Part shown: positions 38,679-50,800 of the stretch, piece by piece
Position numbering within the stretch: the first letter of the stretch is position 1
Layout: every line of letters begins with the position of its first letter
DNA from: Antedon mediterranea
Taxonomy: Eukaryota; Animalia; Echinodermata
Assembly (NCBI RefSeq): GCF_964355755.1
Contig: NC_092680.1
Coordinates: forward strand, 1,612,001 to 1,676,000
Direction: 5' to 3'
DNA length: 64,000 nucleotides
Position numbers and translations under genes: made by a program
Notes under the pieces: generated by a model
The model's database searches: none
What the model was told of the DNA's origin: nothing
Seen by the model: only the letters and a program-made list of their open reading frames with translations

Positions 38679-40197
38679 ATATGTATATTATAAATATCAA
38701 ACAACAAGGCCATGGCATGGCCTAGCATATAATTATAGGCCTCCTACTGTAGGCCTATTATAGAATTGAAAAAAAGAAAAAGGCCTAGGCCTAACTACTA
38801 GGCCCTAGCTAGTAGGCCTATTTACATTATAATATTAATAATTAAAACTCCTGTGTGTACTTTGATTGTCACTTGTCAGGTAACTTATCAAATATAATTT
38901 ATAGAATCACTAGCTAGGCCTATTGAGTATAGTATAGTATAGACTATATACTAGCTATACATTGCATACTAACATTCAACTGAGCTAGTTAGCGCCCTCA
39001 ACTTCCAAAGCAGGAATAACAGTGTCAGTAAAAACGCATGAATTTGTTTGTTTTGTAGAAAAACCAGGCTTCAGCAGCATATGCAAAGTTCCGTCAAAAC
39101 AGCTATAGGAATGCAATAGATACAGATGATGATGATGATTCAGATGATGAGAATTTATGGAAAAGAAAAAAACAAAAAGTATTTCAACCTCCAAAAATCA
39201 AGGATGATAAAAATAGTGTTCGTAATCCTGTGATAGCAAAAAGGACTGGTGATAAAAAAGTGAATAACATATGGGGAGCGGTCATGCTTGAACAAACACA
39301 GGACATGGTGTCATCCAGATTGACAACAGTGGGGCTAGATTTCAGTGCCAATCGTGGCGTTGAAAGTTACAATCATCAGAGAGACTTAGAAACAGAGACG
39401 CATCTACCCTTTGGTACCCACACACAATGTCAACAACCCCGCAGAGATATCCCGCAAGTGGCCGACGATTTATTTTCAGAACAGATTGATCCAGTTGAAG
39501 TTAAAGAGGATGAGAATATTGATGATAATGATGGCGAAAATAGAAAACAGAATGTAAAGGAAAGACTAGGAAAGCGGCCACAACATCTTTCATCCGTAAC
39601 TGCCAAAAAAATTGATATAAATCCCGATGACGGAGTTAAAATCGTGGCCGGGAATATTGCTTACAGTTTGTGGGAACCAAAAAGACATCTTGTACGCAAG
39701 ACAGTTGAAATGATAGGAACAGAAAAGTCTGTTGAGATTTATAATCAAGTGATTGAAATTGAAGAAAGTGGCGGTCTGTTGATTAATGTAAGAGTAATAT
39801 TTAATTAAAAATAATTCTCTAGGATCTTCTTTTTAAAGCTCTGTCTACACTATCAAATAAGTTTGACAAAAAATGTGTGATGTTCCCAAATATGATATTT
39901 AATAATACAGTATTAAAATAATAATAAAAATTAATAATTAATTATATACATTGTATTGATTTTTTTTTTTTACAGAATAAACGGCGAAGGAGGTCACCAG
40001 GTGGTGTTTTCTTTCACTTGCTTAGAAATTCATACGGTATAGAAACTGAAATATTGGAAGAAATATTTGCAGTAGATGCTGAGTATCCACAGTATAAACA
40101 AAAAGAGAAGAAAGATAAAAAGAAACGAAAGAAAAGTAACAATATCAAAATGGAAGTATCAGAAACAAAGGTTGAACTTCTGGACAGTATTATTTAA
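38315..40197 (+). CDS. PHAX: Phosphorylated adaptor for RNA export (snRNA export adaptor), ~358 aa
   Basis: Exons 38315-38440, 39059-39787, 39976-40197 (phase-0 joins). Characteristic PHAX motifs DMEDGELPDSDDD, DSDDENLWKRKKQK, KKVNNIWGAVMLEQ and the RNA-binding domain E..GGLL.N..RRRSPGGVFFHLLR. Confidence 0.93.
38638..38675. repeat. (ATTG)n microsatellite
   Basis: About nine GATT units in PHAX intron 1. Confidence 0.9.
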
Positions 40198-40779
40198 TAA
40201 ATGTGTCGAATTGTGTTTTATAGCAAAAGGAGTACTATTTTTTTAGTTTTAATTCTTATTCTTTCTGTGGTGGAATTTTTAATTTAATTTTTAAAAAGCA
40301 TTGTTTTGTTGAGAATCATGGCAAAATATCAAGAAATTCTAGCAAATTGAGGGCGCTATGTTTTGGCAAAACAGGTGAACAATTTTTTAATTACCTATTT
40401 GGCCAAAGCATAGCGTCTAAATTTACTCACAATTTCGGCATATTTTGCTATGATACACTAGCCCAAATGTTAATTTTTTTAATAATCTGGGGTTACTATA
40501 GAAATTGCTGATGAAATATAATAAATAAAAAAAAAATATATTGTATCGATTTGTTAATGCTGTTATAAATGTCATAAAATACACATCTAGAATTTATTTC
40601 AGAAAAATCATCTTTTATTTGGCCAAAATTTAACATACAAAAGAAAAAGAATACAGATATGTATGCCCATAACCCGCCAAAGTTTAAAAAACTGAGTCCA
40701 TTGAATATCTGTGAGGCAAAATCCACAAATGTTATTCTGTGAATTATTCTATAAAATGTCTTAATTACAAAAAATTAAG

Positions 40780-40950
40780 AAGGGTGTCCAACCTAGTTAC
40801 CCAGAGACCAACTCGGGGGAAAGAAGGTGGTGAGAAGACATGATGACCTACGTTGATCAGCTTCAAGAAGACGGACAGAGATCTATAAATCCGTATGCAG
40901 AATAGACATGATTGGAGAACCTTCAGAGTCCGTCAGAGTTAGTGAGTGAC
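40780..40950 (+). mobile_element. Degenerate RTE-like LINE 3' fragment
   Basis: Frameshifted translation contains RPTRGK...TYVDQLQED...MQNRHDWR, resembling RTE ORF C-termini. Confidence 0.45.
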
Positions 40951-41353
40951 TAAAAAAAAATTGTTTTACTTATTTACAATCTCTTAATTAGTTTTTGTTC
41001 AATTGCTTGAGATTGAATATTAAAACAGTTTCATTGGCACGTTATTTCCAGTTTTCTTTCAAATTACGGGTGGTTTATAATAGTATTACATAATTATTAT
41101 TCTTCAGTGCCTTTAGAAATCTGTCTGAGTACCACATGTATCTGCTATCTTTGCGGTAGCTATTGACCCTAATAAACCTACTAAATATCAGTCTATTGTT
41201 TGTATAAGATCTCTGTCAATAATATAAAGGAGGTATACAACCTCGCCGAAAAATTGATAAATTTTAATTGATTGTTTAAATAATCAACTTTATAGACGCA
41301 ACACAAAGATGTAGAGTTCATTTATTGGATACAGTACTCAGCGAAAGACGACA

Positions 41354-44300
41354 ATGGATAGACGGTTGAAACTTGTGCTTTTGGTTGCTGTATCAGGTGC
41401 TCTTGCAAATGGTAAGTAATCGTATTAAATCAAATTGTAATTTCCATTGACTGTAAAAAATATGTACTAGCTATAGTATTCAAAATATCACCTTGATTCA
41501 ATAGCAATATTACTAATTATGTCTTTCTCTATGTTCTTCTCTATGCCTTTATGTTCTTCTCTATGCCTTTCTCTATGCCTTTATGTATTTCTCTATGTCT
41601 TTCTCTATGCCTTTCTCTATGGGTTTCTCTATGTCTATCTATATGTCTTTCTCTTCTTTCTATGTTACTCTTGTTAGAAGTACGAATTTCGAATTAACAC
41701 AAACTGTTGTTTATGCCAATTAACGTGTATTTTTATGTGAAACGGTAATCAAAGATGCACCAGTACATGTGGAATGTTCCATTTTATCCAAGTGTTGTGG
41801 TGAAGAATTTCTGTGTATTATATATGTCCGTATAACCAGAGAAGAGTGAAATTGAAAATACAATTTCACTCTTTCCTGCTATTACCCTTTCTTTACCTGT
41901 GGCCCTTCGTTTGATCCGATAACCATTGATAAAATCCGAAATATAGGACTCATGATACCCTGCATTTTAAAAGGAAAATGTAACTATTGCTTACGATTGT
42001 ATGATTGAATAAGGCGATATTTACATTGCTTAAATGATGCAAATGCAAATGCAACCGGAGAGTCTGGTGAGATCCTTACTGAATTAGCATGGCAGCGAGA
42101 ATATTGGTTGTGGAAGAACGGTAAGAAAGATTTCAAATCCAGAGAAATAAAAAATCTGAGACGCCAATCATAAAATAGGCATACTACCAATGTATTCGCC
42201 GCCAGTTAAAAAGTTATAAGTTGCTTATGAATAACGTCTTCCTTTGGCCTAAAAATAATATAGAAAATCATTATCAATTTTAAACTACAACAGGTGTGTG
42301 GTGACGTAATATATCGATATCTAGTAGGTTGACCTCGTGACTGGTACCGTCCTAACATTTATTATGTCTAATTTTTTTATCATTACCATAAATTCCTTCC
42401 GACGGAAACTTTATGTTCATGTGTTGATGTCCTAAATTTGTATTTTATTACTATTATCATCTTTAATACACACATTTCATTACCATGTAAATAGTTCAAT
42501 TGTGTGTAGTTATTGATAAGGACGACCGATAACATGCTGATTACACGTCGTCTACTTGAATTGCTGTATCACCAGTAACGGTAATAACACAACTAATGCT
42601 TTTACCATATCATCAGTGTGATATCTCTCTTAGTAAATTAGAAAATAACCAGCAATTAGAAAACAATACGGATATGATTTACCACAAAAATCAATTAACT
42701 ATTTCATCAATATCCGTATATTTACAATCGCATTTATTTAAAATAAATAAAAAGAAAAAAATGGATAAATAACCTTCATTAATTCTGAAGTGGAGTCAAT
42801 AATTTTAAATTAATCGGTAAAGCTTGGTGACTACTAGGACGTAACGCAAAGACGACATGAGCGCAACGCAAAGACGTACGCGCAACCCAAGCAATTTGCC
42901 CAATCACAAGCAATGAATTATTCGATTGTCAATCGCTGCAGCCATGTTTATGAATCCATACATTATATATATATTTAAAAAGTTTTTTTTTTTAGTTTCC
43001 ATTGCGTCACGTCCTAGTTAGAACTAAGCTTAAACTCTCGCGTGACCAACTGGTATCTCAGTTCAGCAACAAGTACGTTAGATTTTTCACTCAAAAATTT
43101 AATAAAGAAAGTGTCCATTTGGATAACGTATTCTATAATTCGTTTTGCTTCATTTCCGAAAACTTTATTTTTAGTATCAACAGATACATCAAACCCATCT
43201 GTGATGAGCTACAACGACACTGTTAACTGTGACTTCGATCTAGGTTTATGTGGATATACTCAGGACACGGATGACGAGTTTGATTGGACTAGACGTAATC
43301 GTCCAACCGGCACAGTCGATACTGGTCCACCAGCGGACCATACGACAGGAAATGGAACTGGTAAGACATTTATTTATTAGGCCTATCATCTTCAAAACAT
43401 TCTGAAGAAATTACAAATCTAATGTAACGGTAACTCCTTTGCTTTGTGGGTTTTTTGGAGGGGGAGGGGGAGGAGTTGTGGGCGTTGGGGGTTTCAAGAA
43501 AAGTCTAAAGTATTTAAAATAATGGTGTGTATTTAAAATAATTAGTAACTTCTCTTGAATATATGTTCAACACAAAAACTACTAGGCTTAGATAGATTAT
43601 TAGAATACGAGTTATAGTGCCATATTTTGTTAGATTTTAAATTGTCTATAGATCTGTTTTTCTTACCGTATGAGACGTTGGTTATTATTGTGCTAATGTT
43701 GTTCCTTAGGTTACTACATGTATATAGAAACATCGTCTCCTATTAAGAAACATTGGAGTGCGAGACTTAAGTCGCCTATGGTAGATGGACCAAGATCTAA
43801 TTCATGTCTTCAGTTCTACTATCACATGTATGGTCTCAGGATCGGAACACTGAACGTGATTATGACGAAAACGGCGAATGACGTCCAAGTCATATGGACC
43901 AAATCTGGTGACAAAGGCAATCGGTGGTTTCAGGGGTTGGTAGATATACCAATGATGACAGATGACTTTCGGGTATAGTACAAATACGAAAACAATAACT
44001 ATTATGTACTATAAAGTTTGCGGTAAACCACGTGTATTAGTTCTGAAAAGAATATGCTTTGATCGTCCCCAGGAGTGAGAAATGATTTCTCCCTCCTGAG
44101 GATGATCAAAGCATATTGATCGAAACGTCGAGAAACTCAACAGTTCTTTTCAGAACTAATACACATTTGATTTCGCCATGCAAACCTTCAAACAATATAA
44201 TTATTATTATGCACTAATCAATATAATTTCCCCTATTATCTATAAGTTACAGTACTACTTTCCAATTTGTAGTATCAGCCGATATTTTAAAAAGTGCAGC

Positions 44301-47300
44301 ATTTAATTATGACTGGTTAATAATAAATATAAACAATAAAATATTCAACCATTTATTTTACAGATAACATTTGAGGGAATAAGAGGGGAAGGAATATACG
44401 CAGATATTGCAATTGATGATATCAAGTTGCTGAACGAAAGCTGTTTTATTGGTAAAAAAAAATTAACATAATAATTACAATCTTAATGATAATGCTTTAC
44501 TTTATAATGCGATCACAATTTGATGAAACATTATCAATATAAACATTTTTATTCTAATTAATATCGTTCTTGTATTTTTAAATCAATTATTAGATATTTA
44601 TTTTGGAAACATGACTTAACTACCAGTGACTTATTTTATTTATTTAACAACATCTTTATACAGATTACACAATACGGTAAAATAAACCCAGTTTTGCATT
44701 GCATTGTGGTCCTGTCTTGAATACAAACAAATCAAGGAAAAAATGTTTTGTGAAAAAAATGAGATCATTAAAGTGATTCATAATTTTTGAATTTTTGTTT
44801 GTTGTGTGGTTAACTAAGGTTAATATAAAAATACGTTATTTGTATTCAATATTTTTTTTACTGGGACGCTTCACAAAGTTGGTTATGTAGACCTGTCAAT
44901 CAAATAAAAAACAACTTTTGCAAATTGTTAAAATCTTGCAGGTCATTCGTGTGACTTTGAAGCTGATAGATGTCTTGATCAAGTTACTAACGATGATTTT
45001 AATTGGAGAAGAATATCCGGAAGTACTGGTTCTACCAATACTGGACCATCAACTGACCACACGACGGGAACAAGTGCAGGTAAATGAAACTGAAACATTC
45101 AAATCAAAATAACATGATAATGGGATGCTCAAGAGTTACTTTTCAGCAAATTCCGCTACTTCATAAAACCGTTCACGTATTTATGCTTTTCATAGGTGGG
45201 TCCTTGCAAGAAAAGTGATCGTTTTCCTATTATTCATTACATAATTAATTCATTGTATTTGAAATATAACATTATTTTGTATAACATGTATTTTAAGTAT
45301 GATTAAAAACAGTTTATCTGGTTTTTAATATATTATTGGTTCTTTTTTAAGCCCCCCCCCCCCCCCCCCCCCCCTAAAAAAAACAGGACAGCGAAACTGT
45401 TAAGGTTACTGTAGTTCGGTAGATTTTGGGGGTTTTTTTTCAAAAAGAACCAATAACTCATGTATTATGTAATTGGCGTATACCTTAAGTAAATTAAATG
45501 TCATTATGGTTACTGTTATGGCTTAGCATCAAAATACGAAGATTGTAAATGAGAATTATGTTGGACAAAATACGGAGATTGTAAATGAGAATTATGTTGG
45601 ATGATATTGATATCAATTTATATTAATTTATAATTATACGTATTTCGTGTTTTCACTATTTACAGATATTGCTTATAATTTTATTTTTAACAATTTTAAT
45701 TAAAGGGTTTTACATTTACGTTGAAACGAGTGCACCCAGGCGCCCTAAAGAAGTAGCCAAAATATCAACTCCAAGAATTCGCACAGGATCTGCAGCATGC
45801 CTCACATTTTGGTACCACATGTATGGTGTACACGTCGACACACTCAATGTGGTCGTGAATTCAACACAGGGAGATATTTCCAACAAGATCTGGTCCAAGA
45901 CAGGAAACCGTGGAAATGTTTGGAGACCGGCTGAAGTTACAATCAATGACGTGGGTGATGATTATAAGGTATGCCTAAGCTTTAGAAACTACCAGTTCCT
46001 TCTGAGTAACTTCTTCATCTGTTTTTTTTTTTGGAAATACCTTTCTTAAACAAACATTGTTGCTACTACAAATTCAACTTAAGTCTTACTCTATTAATTT
46101 ACTCGCACTTTCCTTTGAAAGGTGGTTGTATATATCCTACAAAAAAAGTGTTATGAATCTGTGGGGAAGAGATGTAGGCCTATGAGAGATGGCAAACCGT
46201 ACATGTTTGTTAAGCTTGGTTCCTACTAGCGACGCAAAGATTTGACCAATCACAAGCGATTGATTATTTGAACATTGCCTTGTCATTGGTCGTCTTATTG
46301 CGTTGCGCGTACGTCCTTGCGTTGCGTCTGGAAACCACGCTTTATTATGCTAGTTTATAGTGCCTGGTGGTAACATATTTGTTTTTGTAATTAAAAGGTA
46401 ATTTTTGAAGGTATAGTTGGCATAAGTTTTCAAGGTGATATTGCAATTGATGACGTCACCGTAGCTGATTATTCATGCACGTCATCAAATAATGGTAAGA
46501 TAATTTAGAATAATATGATAGTAGATATATATAATACGGTTAGATAAACATAATCGGTAAAGTAAAAAAAGTATTTAAATACACAGAACCCTTCTTGGAT
46601 AAGTGTTTCCCTTAGCTGAATGGTGAACACTTCTTTTCAGAACTAAAATGTACGTGGTGTAGTACCGCAAACTTTATACAGTATCAACATATATTACAAT
46701 ACAATATCTTGTATGAAACGTATATGAAACGTATATTTCGCTACCAATGTAGCAACAAACACAGTCGGTGATACGGTAGAACAATATCAAGATATCAAAA
46801 TCAAAATATAACAGTGCGCGGCAAATAAATATTCCATCTTCCCTACCACACCTACAAAAACTCATTGCATAACAACACACGGCATACCAAACTACGATGA
46901 GATATAATTTTTTTTAAACAATATCATCGCACTACATTCCTAGCTTCAGTGTACAGGAGAACATTGTTTATCTGCATCATCTAGATTATCGTTGACCTTA
47001 TTTATGACATTTCTCTCTTTTGTGTGTGCTTTAGGAACAAGTAATGTTGTAATAGGAATCAGTTGTACGTTTGAGGAACCAGAAATATGCGGATATACCC
47101 AGGATACTAGTGACGACTTCAATTGGATTTGGCAAAACTATGCGACAGGAACACTTGGTACTGGTCCATCGTCTGATCATACCCTTGGCACTGGTCTTGG
47201 TAAGTTTACACGTGCACAGTAACTCAATAATCAATTGTTCAAAGACTGTATCCATAATTGTAGGAGCAACGAGTATAGCCTACTACGGAACTACACGATT

Positions 47301-47818
47301 TATATAAACACTTTATTGTTTAAAGCTATGTGTAGACAGAGCTTTAAAAATGTGTTATTTTTTGTAACTGTCTTTTTAGGTTTCTATGTGTTCATTGAAA
47401 CGTCGTTGCCAAACAAACTTGGAGACACAGCTCGATTAATATCCCCGTATCAAAACAGCACAGTTTCATCATATTGCGTAGAATTCTGGTACCACATGTA
47501 CGGGCCTACAGTTGAGGAACTAAAAGTTTTCTTGAAATATAAAGGCGAGACATTAAGCAATAAAATAACTGACTTGGAGGGAAATTTTGGAGATTATTGG
47601 CACAGAGAGACTGTTGTTATTCAACCAACAAAACAATTTGCTGTAAGATGTTTTTTTCTATCTTTTAAAGATGTTTGCTTTAACAACAGAAAGCGGGCTC
47701 CATATTAAATTGATGTTGACGAAATTATTATTAGGATTTTAAATAATATATGATAATTATGATAATAATGATGTTGATGTTGATGATTATGATGATGATG
47801 ATGATGATGATGATGATA

Positions 47819-47867
<49 letters not shown>

Positions 47868-50800
47868 CGATCAGATGTAGGCCTACAGCATCTCGTGTAT
47901 GTCTTATGAACACACAGGGTTGCCACGTAGGCCTACGTTTGTCTATCCTCAAAAATATAGCTAAATTTAGAACATTAATTAGATATTATGTATTTATTTT
48001 CTTGATAATTCAGATTGTGTTCGAAGGCATGGCTGGCGAGGCTAGGTTTGGTGATATTGCGATAGACGATGTACACATTTATGAACAAACCTGTCCGACA
48101 CGTAAGTACTATTACATTCATTGAATAAAATATATAGTGTACATGTTGTTAGTGTAGTGATATGTGAATATTTGCATATGTTGAAAGTTTTGTCACCGTT
48201 GAATTCTGAGTTTTAGAATTAGGATTATACCATCCCCTCTCAAACTCTTCCCTACCCCCATAAGTCGGATTTCAAAGTTATCTGTATCCGGTAGGCTTAT
48301 TTAATTCAATTGAAGATGATTAATTGAAAATTTGTTTTTTGGTTATTACCGTACATTACACAAATGATTAATTTAATTAATTAATTTGGTTTAGTCATAA
48401 CTACCCCATTACCACCAACTGATCCACCTACTGTGTATGATGACGGAAACTGCAATTTTGAAGATGGTTGGTGCGACTACACCCAAGAAATATACGATGA
48501 TTTTGATTGGTCAAGGAAAAGGGGAAGCACATCATCTTTTGGAACTGGTCCATCGACCGATCACACTTACAATAATGCAACCGGTTAGTGACTTCAAATT
48601 CATTCACTTCAAATTCTGGTTAATCACTAACAAATGTATTCACCACAGTATTCATTTACTATGTTATAAAAATATGCATACTATACAGTACTAGGCCTAT
48701 AACTATTTATAAAACCGATTTTCTACTAGGCGAATTTGTTCGCGCGAATCGAAAGCGTCAGCTTATACGCATGCGTATTCACGATTCTATCTTCTAAATC
48801 TATCCATGCATATAAGCTGACGATTCGCGCGAACACAATCGCCTAGTGAAAAATAGGCTTAAAGTGGTATATCAATAGGAAACTTAAGATTTGCGTCTAA
48901 CTACAATCCACTAAAATTGTGTCGCGGAATCAATCCCAATTTTCACGCATGCGCACCATGAATGAATTCTGCTCGGGTCATACGTCGTTTCAAATCAAAA
49001 GCTTCTTTTTCTTATTCAGGTTATTACATTTACATCGAAACATCTATACAATCCTATGACGCAAGAGCTCGCTTGTACTCTCCACTAATTGCTAAATCTG
49101 CCAACTCAATGTGTGTACAGTTTTGGTGTCACATGTTTGGAAACACAGTTGATTTTCTGAATATCTACGTCATGAATCGCAAGAATGAGTACATACTGCC
49201 AATTGATGCGTTACTCTCTGTGTACGGTGATCATGGAGATAAATGGTTCAGTCAGCAATTTGAAGTTAAACCGACCACAGACAACTTCTACGTAAGTTAA
49301 CTGTTTTATCCCAAGAATGTTACCATGGCTCTACAACAACCTCATGAGATATATACGGTATCTTTCTTGCAACTACGAACTAAAATGATCAATCAATTAT
49401 TACCCATCAATTAAAATTTTTAAAATAAATACAAATATTGAATCTGTTGCCAAGTATAGTACTGTACTTGCTTTGTTCGTTTATTAGCACGATAGCGCCT
49501 ACAATTTTTAATTTATCATTCTGAATGTTTCGGTCTAAATAGGTATATATTTACAAAATATGCCTAGTGACATTCAAGAGAATCGGTACAATAATAACTT
49601 CACAAATAACAAAAAGGAAAAATATGTATTCTTTGAACATGGTCTGAAATATCATCATGCTCCCTCTGTGGAAATATTTTGCCAAGTACTTCACGCTTTC
49701 ATTTTATACCGTATTAACAATCTGTTAATAGATTGTGTTTGAAGGCATCCAAGGTAAAAGTTTTACTGGAGACATTGCGATAGATGATATTCAGTTTACA
49801 AGATCAGCCTGTCCACCAAGTAAGTAGTAGGAGGGGTGAAATGGTTAGTTCGGGATATACCCGAACTTATATGACTAGATTCCTTCATATAATACTCATC
49901 TCTCTGCAATATCCGTCTCTAGCACATCAATGTATGTGAGTGCTGGTTTAAAACTGTTTATGTATTATTATTATATGCTGAAAAAACAGTAGTGCTCGTG
50001 TATGTTATTAACCACGCACTTTGTGTAATTGTTTGTCCAGAGTTGGTTGGTATAATATTTTCAAACAAGCTACATATTGATATAAAGTTTGCGATATACC
50101 ACGTTTATTAGTTCTGAAAAGAACGTTGGTCGTCATTAGGCGTGTGAATGCTACATATAGCAATTGTACTAGCTATCAAATTTATAAAACAAGTAGGGAA
50201 AACCAGTTCAAGTTGTTTAATCCTTGACCGTTATATTATTCTTTGTTACTTATTCTTCTTTGTAACTAATTCTTATTTTTAGCGACGTCACCGCCAGTTT
50301 TGTTGGAATCGTTTTGTGATTTTGATTTTGGATATGAACCATGTGGATACACTCAGGAAACCGAAAATGACCAATTCGACTGGACATTAACATATGGTGA
50401 AACACCAAGTGATGGAACCGGACCAACGAATGACCATACAAGAGGAAATGAACTTGGTAGGTTGTATCTTATCTTATTAATCTGGGATTCTTTCTTAAAT
50501 TGGAATCATGAGAATTGATTCGACAAACTCCTAACATTCTTTCTGGTAATCATTTTGTGTATAATGTATTTTTTACACCTCTTTGTGTACCAGGGAGTGA
50601 CTCTAAAATAATTAATGATTACCAATAGGTTTAGACAGAAAACTACGAGTTTCTATTATCCATAATAACATACAAAAGTGAGTAGTTAAATATGTATTAC
50701 TTTAGATATGTTGATGGTTCTTGTATAGGGAGTGTTTTTGTTTCTTAGTTGTTGAAAACCTTGGTCTATGTGAATTAATCTATCTTAGAATTATATTTAT

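Noticed and set aside
42014-42120. Exon-like stretch in MAM intron 1 ending in G|GTAAG (...[12 protein letters not shown])
   Set aside because: No in-phase acceptor with a polypyrimidine tract and no in-frame ATG; the gene model is complete without it.
47705-48124. Poly-His, poly-Ile and poly-Met ORFs
   Set aside because: Translations of an intronic (GAT)n microsatellite; only 48014-48101 is a real MAM exon.
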